Source: a virus
Reading direction: 5' to 3' (one strand)
IMG/VR virus record: IMGVR_UViG_3300044799_000154
Span: 57,518-121,517 of that record
DNA length: 64,000 bases
A model generated the notes under the pieces. The model saw only the letters and a program-made list of their open reading frames with translations. It did not search any database and was not told where the DNA came from. Made by a program: the position numbers and the translations under genes. Below are positions 30,856 to 40,898 of this stretch, piece after piece (position 1 is the first letter of the stretch; every line of letters begins with the position of its first letter).

Positions 30856-32166
30856 TTAGAGAGTTGTGATTTCCTCAGGTCCCCAATCCCCATGACTGGG
30901 CTCAGGACTAACATATTTACTTGCAAATATCCAATCAACATAGCCAATATTTGTCCCTGCACCATAGAATGCTATGCCAATTAAACCACTTGCTGAACCT
31001 GCATCTATCCCAGTAATTTCATTAATACCGTCAAATAATGCCTTATGACTACTACCTACAACCATTTCTTCCATTAGATGCCAAACACCCAAAGTTAAAA
31101 ATGGAGCAGAGGTTCCGAAGAAATAACTAGGAGGTATTCTATAATGCTGACAGACCCACCCAAAAGGAGGTCCATAAACCATATAAAATGTATTTGCATT
31201 AGTATAACGATATATTAAATCCATGTCACTTGCAGAAACCTTGATACATCGAGACTTAATTCTTGCATTTGTTATAGTTGAATTAGTTAAACAAGCCATA
31301 CCTCCACTAGGAAAAGTACTAGTACACTGGATTGTTCCATCTCCAATAGCTACCCATGAACCACTCACTATTGTCCAACCAGTTAATACATCACAATCAT
31401 CAAAATGTAAGAAAGTATTATCTCCATTACTTGTTGTCGTGGCATCTGCTTTACCATAATACACATAAATTCTCTGATTTATTGAACTTAGATCATCTGC
31501 CACTTCAACCCAAAATATAGCATAGTTGCCATCAACTTTACTTTCCATCCAATAATCTAAAAGTGTAAAGCCGTCATCATCAGTAAATCTTACATCACCA
31601 AAATCAGTTCTACAATGATTATTAAGATAAACATCATCATCATTGTCTATTCCACTTCCAAAGTGAACAGTTATCAGTTTCTGATAGTTAGTTCCAGCTC
31701 CAGCAGCATAATTAATAATATGATATTTTCGATATTCCCAACCTAGTAACCATTCCAAAGTCGAAGAGGTTGCACTAATAGCTATGAAATCATATTCTTC
31801 TTCTAGCCATCCAGAAACTGGAATATTGATAGTAGCTTTCTTGAACCTACAATTGTAAAGATATAGAGAAGGAGAGCTAGGATCAGTAGAACTTTCCAAT
31901 AACAAATCAAAAGGAATATTATTGTTCCAAGAGAAAGGAGATATATTTATACCAAGAAGGCTAAGATAATAAGTATTAACCCAAAGCCGTTTGATATGTC
32001 CTAAGATTTCTTGGGTTCCTTCGGTAATAATTGTATTAGGAGTTATTTGTTCTATCCCATAGTATTCTTCTAAGCTATTGTTTATTTCTATAGAGACATT
32101 AGAACAACCAACTTCTATTCCATTAATCAGAATCTTAGCAGTTCCACTCTTGAAGATCTTTCCCAT
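30856..32166 (-). CDS. Tail-tube-like domain fused to a DUF2341-like domain
   Basis: N-terminal 130 aa share WVNxYYL and LYLYNCRFKK..YDF with 40899..41306; C-terminal part is paralogous to 28041..29072. Confidence 0.78.
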   Translation of the reverse strand: MGKIFKSGTAKILINGIEVGCSNVSIEINNSLEEYYGIEQITPNTIITEGTQEILGHIKRLWVNTYYLSLLGINISPFSWNNNIPFDLLLESSTDPSSPSLYLYNCRFKKATINIPVSGWLEEEYDFIAISATSSTLEWLLGWEYRKYHIINYAAGAGTNYQKLITVHFGSGIDNDDDVYLNNHCRTDFGDVRFTDDDGFTLLDYWMESKVDGNYAIFWVEVADDLSSINQRIYVYYGKADATTTSNGDNTFLHFDDCDVLTGWTIVSGSWVAIGDGTIQCTSTFPSGGMACLTNSTITNARIKSRCIKVSASDMDLIYRYTNANTFYMVYGPPFGWVCQHYRIPPSYFFGTSAPFLTLGVWHLMEEMVVGSSHKALFDGINEITGIDAGSASGLIGIAFYGAGTNIGYVDWIFASKYVSPEPSHGDWGPEEITTL

Positions 32167-32172
32167 TTTAGA

Positions 32173-32676
32173 TCATTCCCTTTGGTCTTTCAAATGTTTT
32201 GCTCGCATAGGTAAAGTTTCTATTTGGTAACCAAAATGTCTTATTTTACTCCACATATAAAGACATTCACAGATTCCAGAAGGATTCCAATCATAATATT
32301 TCTTAAGTAGATCTGTTCTCCATATACTTGTTCCAAATGCTAAATGTCCTTGAAGAGTCTCATAATCAAGAGCAACTACTCCCACTTTATCATTTTTTTC
32401 TAAGATCTGTAAAGCTTCATCAACATAACCATAAGGAAGTAAAGTATCTGAGTCCAAAACAAGAATATATTTTGTTGAAGTGAGATCAATCATCTTTCTC
32501 CTAGCTTCCCAAAACTTCATGTCAGATATCTCTACATTGTTCACAAATAGTATTGTATCAGAAGTAGCAATTATGCGGATTGGATATTTCTTGAAGAGCT
32601 CTCTATGATGCTCAATAAATTTAACTAAGATTTCTTTCTTCTCTTTGATAGGAATTGTGATAGTTAAAAGATCCAT
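32173..32676 (-). CDS. Minimal GT2-like (GT-A) glycosyltransferase inside the tail module
   Basis: ITIPIK, YILVLDSD (DxD), C-terminal His. Confidence 0.75.
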   Translation of the reverse strand: MDLLTITIPIKEKKEILVKFIEHHRELFKKYPIRIIATSDTILFVNNVEISDMKFWEARRKMIDLTSTKYILVLDSDTLLPYGYVDEALQILEKNDKVGVVALDYETLQGHLAFGTSIWRTDLLKKYYDWNPSGICECLYMWSKIRHFGYQIETLPMRAKHLKDQRE

Positions 32677-32692
32677 TAATGTTCATCCTCCA

Positions 32693-33418
32693 TTAACATC
32701 CTGAATGATGAAAAACTGCTGTTATTGTACAAGTTCCAGAAATGTGAGCTACAGTACTAATAAGAGAAGGATCATCCAAAACAACAGAACCAGTACTTTC
32801 CCAATGATTAAAAATATTAGAATCAGTTTCAATATAAGTTATAGTATAATCTCCTGCTGCTTTTGTTAAAGTTTGAGGTAAAGGAACGTAAGTTTCTAGA
32901 GGAGGAGAAATAGTTATCTCTCCTTCATGATCATGCCAAGGTTCCCATTCACATCTTGAGTCTATTACTACACTATAAGTTGGAAGTGGAGGGATAGTAT
33001 TTGTACCAGCAGAAAAAGCTATAAAATCATAAGATTCCTCTAGCCAACCATTTGCTGGTATTGAGATTGATCCTTTCTTAAATCTACAATTATAAAGATA
33101 TAAAATAGGAGAGTCTGGATCAGAAGAAGCTTGAAGTCTCATATCAAATTCAAAATTGGGAACTGTTGGTCCTACTCCACCAAGAAGAAGTCTTAGATAA
33201 TAAATGTTAACCCAAGCTTTCTCAATAGTTCCAGAAATTTCTATTAGCCCAAACTCATCAGCAGAAGCAACAGGATGATGATACATGTTCGGATCTTCAA
33301 TTGAATAATAAGGTTCTACAGGAGTATTGTAATCTACCTTGACGCTTCTACAATCTATGATTTCCATGTCTTGAAGGTAGATCTTAGCTGTCCATCCCCT
33401 AAATATTCTGTGAGACAC
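32693..33418 (-). CDS. Tail-tube-like domain fused to an Ig-like domain
   Basis: KAWVNIYYL, LYLYNCRFKKG, ESYDF; C-terminal FNHWE...TITAVF. Confidence 0.75.
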   Translation of the reverse strand: MSHRIFRGWTAKIYLQDMEIIDCRSVKVDYNTPVEPYYSIEDPNMYHHPVASADEFGLIEISGTIEKAWVNIYYLRLLLGGVGPTVPNFEFDMRLQASSDPDSPILYLYNCRFKKGSISIPANGWLEESYDFIAFSAGTNTIPPLPTYSVVIDSRCEWEPWHDHEGEITISPPLETYVPLPQTLTKAAGDYTITYIETDSNIFNHWESTGSVVLDDPSLISTVAHISGTCTITAVFHHSGC

Positions 33419-33419
33419 A

Positions 33420-36400
33420 TTAGTCTACCTCCGTTGGATTCTCGGCTGGTTTCCTTCTTCCTTTCTGTTCTATTCGTCTAACTCTTTCAGAGATCTGGTA
33501 AACATTACCTTCAAAGTAAATTGGATCTAAAGACAGAATTAGATCTACATAGTAATCATTTTCTTCAATATGATGAATGATTGTCTCAATTCTGTAACTT
33601 CTATTGTCAAGAGTCATATCAGCAAATTCAGGGACAGAGTTATCAACTACTAGAACTTTTCCAGGGTCTAAGTTTTCCATTCCAATATATTCTGCTTCTA
33701 CATTCTTTATTGTTATAATTGGATCTTTGTACTTGACTACAAATTCAAGAGCTCTTCTTGCAGCAGCAGTATCTGAGTATAGAGTCTCATCAAATAATTC
33801 TTTAAATCGAACACCATTGCCAAACTCAGAAGTAGCATCCTCATATTCTCCATACCATCTAGCTTGATCGAAATGAATCCAATCAATTAAGAGATAATCT
33901 CCAACTGCTGGTACTCCTCCAAAAGTAGCTGTTAGTTCAAATTCAATACTCTGCAAAGTTCCTACACAATTTCCTGTCCATCCATCAGCATCTTCACCTA
34001 CAGGAATTTCTATAGTTGTCCAGTTATCACTTGTCATTCCAGAAAATTGGACTTGAGTAGTAGCTGTATTACCATCTGCAAAGATAAATCTAACTACTAA
34101 TTGTGAGATTCCAGTTGGGAAATTACCATAATGAGGAGCAGCTACAAACTTAAAGGATTTAGCTGAAGCTTTAGTTTCTAGATCAACTATTTCATCCAAT
34201 GGATTAGAATTAACCAGCCAATCTAAACGATAAGTAGCAGTTACATTTCCACTTCCATGGAATCGTATTGATCGAATATGATCCCAACCAGTATAACCTC
34301 CAATAGTTGCAAAGTCTGCTCTTGCAGGTTCAAACCATTTCCATCCTACGAAATTATCAGTGATTTGATACCTATACCCATCTATCATAACTGGAACATA
34401 TACTGCTTTGGAGAACTCAATATCAATTGTTGATCCTGTATTCTGTCCATATAGCCAGAATCCTATATTGGGCTTAGAAGCAGAACTGTAATTTTGATCT
34501 ACACTGTAGTTATGATAGAAATCTAAAGTTTGTGTAGACAAGATCACTTTATAAGAGCTAGAGCCTTTTTTCATTTCCTCAGAATCATCTTCAGCACTTC
34601 CTGAAATTAGACTCCAGAAAGCAGTTCCTCCATCAGTCCAAATAACTACTGGAGATGGTATTGTTAATCTAGCTGAAAACTTCTCTGTTCCTGCAACAGA
34701 ATTGTCGGCATAATAGACAGTAAAGTTATTCATGCATCCAGTAGAATACAATCCCATTCCTGTAAGTTTGTATTTAATATAAAGATCTGTGTCTGTAGGT
34801 CCTTCAACATAATCAGGAGGTCCTGGAGGCAAATATGGAAAGAGATCTTGATACTCATCAGTGATATTATCATCTGGATACAATAACCTTACATAAGTTC
34901 CACCAGAACCCCATTTGTAATAAACTTCAACATGTCCAGTTCCTGTATGGAAACAACCAGCACTATGAAGTCTCATCTTTTTACCTGAAGAACAACCCAA
35001 ACTGAATTCTACTTCTAAACTTCCAGGTCCAAAAAGAACAGGAGTATGACACCAACCATCTGGATGATTCCATATCCACCAAGAACCAGTTGTAGCTCCT
35101 GAGATCTTAATTGAATTTGTTCCAGCTTTTGGAGTAGGTGGTGCAGGTTGTAAAGTACATGAGCAGGTAAGAAGTCCAGTCCATACAAATGGTAATGAAC
35201 CTCCACCTAAAGAATCAGACCAACGATCATAATCCCAAGGAATAACTTTGTTATCTCGACCATAGACTTTTACTTTATTACAAAGCAATTCTTCTGGATC
35301 AGTTACATCATAATCAGTTAGATCTTCTCTATAAAGTACAAGTGGAATAGTAGGAGGATCATCTCGATATTGGATATGTCCAACTGTATCTCTTCTCTTG
35401 AACCATCTAGCCATTTTCTCTTCATCAATATACCAATCATGCTCTGTTGCATCACTTACTTTAGTCATTGCATCAATTAAAGGTTCTCCATCAAAATCTA
35501 GTTGTCTAGTGGGTCTAGGTATCAAATCTTCAATATGATCAGTACCTATTACTGCTGAAATATTTAGATTACATTTTTCAGTAGCAAGAGGTTCTTCTGT
35601 TCCTGTGCCTCCATTCCATCTAATAGCTATTTCAGAAGTTGAAAGAACTCCTGAATAAAGAACTATTTCATCTAGTTTAGTGTAATAAAGATGATCGGCA
35701 ATAGTATTGGAACCAAATCTTAGAGGTTCAGTATTCAATATTGAAGCAGTAAGATTATCTTCAACAACAAGTGGAGCTTTTAATGTATTATCTATGTACA
35801 ATTTAATTCCACTTGCAACTCCACTACCATCATAAGTCATTACTAAATGATGCCAAGCACTATTTAACCATGAACAAGGATACACTCCTTCAGTAAGTGT
35901 AAGAAGTATTCTATTACCAGTTAAACCATTAGAACTAAGAACTATATTTAAATTAAGTCCATCCTGTTCAAATATAGTCCAACCTGTGAAAGGAGTACCT
36001 GAATATTTTGAGATTAAAGGAAAGATTCCAGCCCAGTCAGTTTCAAGTTTACTTGAATCCATCCAGAACCAGAATTCCACAGAGAAAGGAGTATTCCAAT
36101 CAAAATCAGTGATATCTCCACAAGTTACTGATCCAGTCTGAGAGGATTGAAAATATAAAGCGTTTCCCAATTTTCCAGAGACCCAAGTTGGTGCTAGACC
36201 TGGATTCAATAAATCCTCATAAGTTCCATCTCTTCCAAAATAGCTTGAATCAGTTATTAGAGTTCCAGATCCTTCATTAATATGCCAATGTCCTTCTTCA
36301 AAGAAAGATGGTGTAAAAGATGAGAGAATGTCAAGAACAATTTGTGTAGCATATTCAGTTTCTGGATATGATTGAGTAAATTTATCTGTCAAAAGAAGAA

Positions 36401-36773
36401 ATGACCAATCTCTAGCTCTCAAAGTTAGTGTTTTATCTTCATCATCTGAGGTTTTAGCAGCTTCATAAACTACGCCACTAAATACTTTTTGAAGAACGCT
36501 TCCAGTCGCTTCGAATCCTAACCAAATAAGAATAATATCTCCAGCTTCAAATCTTTTAGTAGGATCATTATCAAAAGATACTTCTGCTTCAGCTACCTGA
36601 CCTGAGACTGTTTGAGTTGCTTTTATTTTTATTAATTCAGACAATAGAAATTCATGAATATCATCTGGAGTAGTATTCTGAGGAGGAGGATTAACATAAG
36701 TGGCATTATTATCAATGCGAGTACAAATTCCACTTATTTTTCTATAAATCTGAATATCATAGTCAGGTATCAT
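33420..36773 (-). CDS. Tail-tip/hub protein with inserted LamG and carbohydrate-binding-like domains
   Basis: Follows the tape measure and Dit-like genes; KVFSGVV, LRARDW, CNKVKVYG hub pattern; LamG motifs FSVEFWF, WHHLVMTYD, LDEIVLY. Confidence 0.72.
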   Translation of the reverse strand: MIPDYDIQIYRKISGICTRIDNNATYVNPPPQNTTPDDIHEFLLSELIKIKATQTVSGQVAEAEVSFDNDPTKRFEAGDIILIWLGFEATGSVLQKVFSGVVYEAAKTSDDEDKTLTLRARDWSFLLLTDKFTQSYPETEYATQIVLDILSSFTPSFFEEGHWHINEGSGTLITDSSYFGRDGTYEDLLNPGLAPTWVSGKLGNALYFQSSQTGSVTCGDITDFDWNTPFSVEFWFWMDSSKLETDWAGIFPLISKYSGTPFTGWTIFEQDGLNLNIVLSSNGLTGNRILLTLTEGVYPCSWLNSAWHHLVMTYDGSGVASGIKLYIDNTLKAPLVVEDNLTASILNTEPLRFGSNTIADHLYYTKLDEIVLYSGVLSTSEIAIRWNGGTGTEEPLATEKCNLNISAVIGTDHIEDLIPRPTRQLDFDGEPLIDAMTKVSDATEHDWYIDEEKMARWFKRRDTVGHIQYRDDPPTIPLVLYREDLTDYDVTDPEELLCNKVKVYGRDNKVIPWDYDRWSDSLGGGSLPFVWTGLLTCSCTLQPAPPTPKAGTNSIKISGATTGSWWIWNHPDGWCHTPVLFGPGSLEVEFSLGCSSGKKMRLHSAGCFHTGTGHVEVYYKWGSGGTYVRLLYPDDNITDEYQDLFPYLPPGPPDYVEGPTDTDLYIKYKLTGMGLYSTGCMNNFTVYYADNSVAGTEKFSARLTIPSPVVIWTDGGTAFWSLISGSAEDDSEEMKKGSSSYKVILSTQTLDFYHNYSVDQNYSSASKPNIGFWLYGQNTGSTIDIEFSKAVYVPVMIDGYRYQITDNFVGWKWFEPARADFATIGGYTGWDHIRSIRFHGSGNVTATYRLDWLVNSNPLDEIVDLETKASAKSFKFVAAPHYGNFPTGISQLVVRFIFADGNTATTQVQFSGMTSDNWTTIEIPVGEDADGWTGNCVGTLQSIEFELTATFGGVPAVGDYLLIDWIHFDQARWYGEYEDATSEFGNGVRFKELFDETLYSDTAAARRALEFVVKYKDPIITIKNVEAEYIGMENLDPGKVLVVDNSVPEFADMTLDNRSYRIETIIHHIEENDYYVDLILSLDPIYFEGNVYQISERVRRIEQKGRRKPAENPTEVD

Positions 36774-36785
36774 TAAGATTCATTC

Positions 36786-37283
36786 CTATACTGTGCAAGT
36801 CCAAGGATCAGTATATCCAGTAATATTCTCACAGTTAACTCTTTCAAGATCTATTGTATAGTCTAACCAACCAATCCTTCCTTCTGTTTGAGTAAACTTT
36901 ACATTCTTGAAAACTACAAAAACAATTTCCCAAGTATGTGCATTAGCACCTGCTGGATTTGGACATAGAAAAATCTGAGGTGTGTTAGAATCTATAACTA
37001 CTTGGAACTTAGAGTTCCTTTTGGAATAAAATTCTATTAGGTTAGCAAGAGCATCTGAACTGTAAGATCCTTGACAACTTCCTTGTAAGTTCCAAGTTAT
37101 AGTTTCTCGTGTACGGAACTTAGCTTTCTTTAATTTTCTCCTTCCTCTGTGAGCAACTCTCCACTGAACCTCAACTGATTTAGTAATAGACTTAGGTCCA
37201 GGAGAGAAAGTTAAAGTAGTTCCACTAGTTGCATATGAACTTCCATCCCAGTAATATTCTGTTAATCTTAAACTTACTGTCAT
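36786..37283 (-). CDS. Distal tail protein-like
   Basis: Directly downstream of the tape measure gene; beta-rich, ending YTIDLER. Confidence 0.55.
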   Translation of the reverse strand: MTVSLRLTEYYWDGSSYATSGTTLTFSPGPKSITKSVEVQWRVAHRGRRKLKKAKFRTRETITWNLQGSCQGSYSSDALANLIEFYSKRNSKFQVVIDSNTPQIFLCPNPAGANAHTWEIVFVVFKNVKFTQTEGRIGWLDYTIDLERVNCENITGYTDPWTCTV

Positions 37284-37285
37284 TA

Positions 37286-39754
37286 TTAATACACTCTTCC
37301 ACCATATTCTTTACTTTGCTTTTCAGATATCTTCTTTGCCAATTTATCTATATCTGCATCTTCTCGGATAGTAGCTTGTATATTATAGGTATTGTATATT
37401 GAACCTATTCCACCTACTGCTCCACCTGGAGGTACAACTACTTCTGCTGGTTCCAAATAAGCTACTCCTCCTCTCTCTACAACTCCTCCAGCTTGTAACA
37501 TTGGAATACCTCCCATTACTCCACCTATGAATCCAGCTATTCCTCCTACTATTCCAGTTGCCCAAGCAGGGATAGCACTCAAAGATGCAGCTAGAGCACC
37601 TACTGCTCCTGCTAAGAGACCTATTGACCCTGCAACCATTGCTATTCCAGCAGCACCTAAGAACAACCCAGGCATAGCAATTAGAAGTGCTGTTCCCAAA
37701 ACTACAAATGCAAGACCTAATCCTAGAATTATTCCTAAAGCAGCAGCCATTTGAGGAATTGAACCAATTATAGTATTGAAGAATCCAGTTGAAGCAACCA
37801 TTACACTTATGAATGCATTTGCTAAGTTCTGCACTCCTATTGAGAATACTAAGAATGCAGCAGCAGCTACCAAAACAGCTCCTGCTAAAACCATGAAAAC
37901 AGCAGCTCCCAGAAGAGTTAAAGGAGCTAAAGCACCCATGATTGTCATTGCTACCATTAATGCTAAGAATGCACCCACAAATGCATACATTACTGATATC
38001 ATATCCCCAATATTTCCACCCATAGCTCCCAAAGCAAGAAACATTCCAGTGAATGCTCCTATTAGCATGATGATAGGAATTGTCATCACAATCATAGCAG
38101 CAGCTCCTTGCATTATCTGACCAGAGAATGCATTGAGAATAACTATGATTCCAGTCATTATTCCCATTAATGATCCTATTGCTCCAGCCATGCTGAATAG
38201 GAATCCTACTACTTCCCCTACTGATAGTCCTGCATTACCAATGACAGTTAAGAATAATGTGAACATTCCTATTAAAATGTCAACAGCAAGAGATAATGCT
38301 ATGAGTACTCCTACTGCTTTGTAAGTATCAGCCTCTAATCCACTCATACTTCTAATGAAGAATACTAGAGCTCCAACAATTGCTATGATATTTACTGATA
38401 AAGTTCCCAGATATCCAAAGAGATCAGCTAGACTAATCTTGAAAGTTCCTACAGTTTTTAGAATCTCGTTTATAGCTAACAATAATGGAGTCAAAGCTAG
38501 AACTAGAGCAGCAAGGGCAGCAATATTCTTCCAAGCACTATCTCCTGTACCAGTTACAGCACCACTTGCATCTTCTGCTCCACCAGCTACTTGTCCAAAA
38601 GCTCCACCCAATTTTCCTAGAGCACCTGAAAAAGCTGGAATAAACTTAGCAAAAAGCATTACTCCTGCCAGAGAAAGTAAGATTGCTACTACCAATGCTT
38701 GATTATTTTCTATGAAATCAACTATCATATCTATAACAGGTTCTAAGCTTTCAAAGACTGCTTCGAAAGCATCACCTATAGCTTCAAAAATAGGGGATAT
38801 AAGTTCTATTATCGGACCTAGGGCAAGGAACAAGATAGCCATTGGACCCAAGAATGTAACAAGATTCTTGATTGTTGACCCTATGCTTTTAAAAACATCG
38901 GCTACTCCTTTGCCTTCTTTCTTTCCTTGTGCTTCTCCTTTATTCAGACCTTCTCTTTCTTTCTTTAGTTTGCCCATCTCTTCTTTAGTATTAATTATAG
39001 TATCTTGGTGCTTTGCTTCTTCAGCTCTAAGATTAGCTAATTTCTTTGCTTGATCAGCAGTCATTGAAGCTTCATCTGCTCCAGACAATAGGTTTTGATT
39101 AACTATTTTCTGAATTTCTTTTCTTGTATTCTTAAGTTGTTGTTGAGCTAAATTCAAGGCTACTGTTTTATCTTGCAAAGTTCCTTCTATTACAGCTAAT
39201 TTTTCTGTATTGGAAATAGCACCTTTTAGAAAAGGAAAAGCATTTCTAAAAGTATTGAAAAGATTAGAGGCATCTTTAGAAGTAGATTTCATTGTTCCTC
39301 TAATCATTACTAGAGCACCCCAAAGTTTGGTGAAGAGAGCTACCAAAGTTAAGAGTACTACTCCACCAAGGATGACTAGACCAATTATCATTTTCAGAGG
39401 ATCAGGAAGACCTTCGAATGCATCTGCTACTTTCTCTAAGATATCTCCTACTGTTTCCAAAATAGGAGATAAAGCATCACCTATTGAAGCAGCTATATCT
39501 TCTATTGCCCAATTGATATCTTCTACAGCAGCACCTAACTCTAGAGAACTAGAAGTCATCATATTCCAACCTTTCATGAATACATCTGCAAAGGTTGTAA
39601 CTACACCTGATAAACGCATTATGTCTCTTCCTAAGATTCTAGTTTCAAAGCCCAAGTTCTTAGCTGCTTCTGCTCCAGCTTTCGCTGCATTAGTCATTGG
39701 ATTAGTATTTAGGTATACTTCCAATACTGAAAGTGGAGCACTTGTTCCTGCCAT
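37286..39754 (-). CDS. Tail tape measure protein
   Basis: 822 aa, Ala/Gly/Leu-rich helical and hydrophobic repeats, coiled coil, LQAGGVV...EVVVP C-terminal motif, follows the chaperone. Confidence 0.9.
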   Translation of the reverse strand: MAGTSAPLSVLEVYLNTNPMTNAAKAGAEAAKNLGFETRILGRDIMRLSGVVTTFADVFMKGWNMMTSSSLELGAAVEDINWAIEDIAASIGDALSPILETVGDILEKVADAFEGLPDPLKMIIGLVILGGVVLLTLVALFTKLWGALVMIRGTMKSTSKDASNLFNTFRNAFPFLKGAISNTEKLAVIEGTLQDKTVALNLAQQQLKNTRKEIQKIVNQNLLSGADEASMTADQAKKLANLRAEEAKHQDTIINTKEEMGKLKKEREGLNKGEAQGKKEGKGVADVFKSIGSTIKNLVTFLGPMAILFLALGPIIELISPIFEAIGDAFEAVFESLEPVIDMIVDFIENNQALVVAILLSLAGVMLFAKFIPAFSGALGKLGGAFGQVAGGAEDASGAVTGTGDSAWKNIAALAALVLALTPLLLAINEILKTVGTFKISLADLFGYLGTLSVNIIAIVGALVFFIRSMSGLEADTYKAVGVLIALSLAVDILIGMFTLFLTVIGNAGLSVGEVVGFLFSMAGAIGSLMGIMTGIIVILNAFSGQIMQGAAAMIVMTIPIIMLIGAFTGMFLALGAMGGNIGDMISVMYAFVGAFLALMVAMTIMGALAPLTLLGAAVFMVLAGAVLVAAAAFLVFSIGVQNLANAFISVMVASTGFFNTIIGSIPQMAAALGIILGLGLAFVVLGTALLIAMPGLFLGAAGIAMVAGSIGLLAGAVGALAASLSAIPAWATGIVGGIAGFIGGVMGGIPMLQAGGVVERGGVAYLEPAEVVVPPGGAVGGIGSIYNTYNIQATIREDADIDKLAKKISEKQSKEYGGRVY

Positions 39755-39768
39755 TTCTTTCTACCTTC

Positions 39769-39903
39769 TTATCTTCTTCGACTTGCTTTTCTAATTGCTT
39801 CAGCTTCTTGATCCTTGTACCATTTTATTCCTGTAGCAAGGAAATTAAGCTGGTCCATTGTCATCCTTTGAACATCTTCATATGTATATCCAAATTCATA
39901 CAT
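39769..39903 (-). CDS. Tail assembly chaperone C-terminal extension (gpT-like, not in ORF track)
   Basis: MYEFGYTYEDVQRMTMDQLNFL...RRR; in the -1 frame of 39906..40259. Confidence 0.75.
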   Translation of the reverse strand: MYEFGYTYEDVQRMTMDQLNFLATGIKWYKDQEAEAIRKASRRR

Positions 39904-39905
39904 TA

Positions 39906-40259
39906 CTATGAAGATTGTTCTACAGGTCCGATCCCCAATAAATTTTGCATACGATCTACTGAGGCTTTATCAAGACCAGAATATTTAGAAATCTCGCCAC
40001 CTAGTTCAAGAAGCACATCATGAGGCAATTTCTTAACATCAGCGATAGACATCTTTGGGTCTATCATACACCTGAAGACCAGCCATGTGAATTGTTCCAT
40101 AGCATTATCTTTAGCTGCATTCATAATGTCAGAAAGTTCACCTACTGTTGCTTTCTTGATCTTAACTTTTAGCCCACAGGTCTTCAGTTGAACTACTTTC
40201 TCACCTTGACCTAGTGCTAATAGTTCGGCAGCAGATGCCATACTTTGTTCATCTGTCAT
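39906..40259 (-). CDS. Tail assembly chaperone (gpG-like)
   Basis: Lies between the tail tube and tape measure genes; slippery site near the 3' end. Confidence 0.78.
   Translation of the reverse strand: MTDEQSMASAAELLALGQGEKVVQLKTCGLKVKIKKATVGELSDIMNAAKDNAMEQFTWLVFRCMIDPKMSIADVKKLPHDVLLELGGEISKYSGLDKASVDRMQNLLGIGPVEQSS
39939..39945 (-). other. Programmed -1 frameshift slippery heptamer A AAT TTA
   Basis: X XXY YYZ in the correct frame; the -1 frame is open to TAA at 39769. Confidence 0.75.
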
Positions 40260-40265
40260 TTCTCT

Positions 40266-40682
40266 TTACACCTCCACCTTACTTGATGCGAGTATTTTAT
40301 CTTTTAATTCTAAATAAAGAGGCACTAATCCAGAGTCAACTTTTTCTACAAACCAGTGACAAGGAACACAAATCCAGATTCCTATCTCAGGATGTTTGTC
40401 ATCCCAATGATGATAGTGCAAATGATTTTCTAGAATGTTATAAGATCTATGGCAAAGCTCACAAAATGCTGATTTTGGTCTTTTCTCAATACCATAAATG
40501 AAAACTTTCTTTCCATTAATAGTAGTACTTAATCTACATTGATATTTCCTAAGTTTCCATTCTGGATGTTCTTTTCGCCAACCAATCTGATATCTTCTAT
40601 TGTATTCTCTAATACCAATACTAAGCCTAGTTTCTCCTATTCCTAGAATTCCAAATGGATTCTTTCTTCTTTTATCTGTCAT
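40266..40682 (-). CDS. HNH-like endonuclease
   Basis: CELC...LHYHHWD...ICVPCH. Confidence 0.7.
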   Translation of the reverse strand: MTDKRRKNPFGILGIGETRLSIGIREYNRRYQIGWRKEHPEWKLRKYQCRLSTTINGKKVFIYGIEKRPKSAFCELCHRSYNILENHLHYHHWDDKHPEIGIWICVPCHWFVEKVDSGLVPLYLELKDKILASSKVEV

Positions 40683-40898
40683 TTCTCATTTCATCTCTTT
40701 ACTTAGAGCATGTTTTCTTACAAGCCAAGAACAACAGATTCACACTACAAGCTAGGGACAAAAAAAGAGTTTGTGTCCTTATTGGACAACTTATGCTTAT
40801 AGCTTTATTCATCGTCTCTCTTTCTCCTTACTTGGAGCACGAACACATCCTTTCTTGGATGGATCTCTTCTTGAGACCAGTTGAAATTGCTTACTCTA

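Noticed and set aside
23974-36773. Diversity-generating retroelement acting on tail adhesins
   Set aside because: No reverse transcriptase and no near-identical TR/VR pair noticed; the paralogous segments differ at all base types
37383-40023. Series of plus-strand ORFs opposite the tape measure gene
   Set aside because: Antisense shadows of a hydrophobic, codon-biased gene; no RBS or motifs
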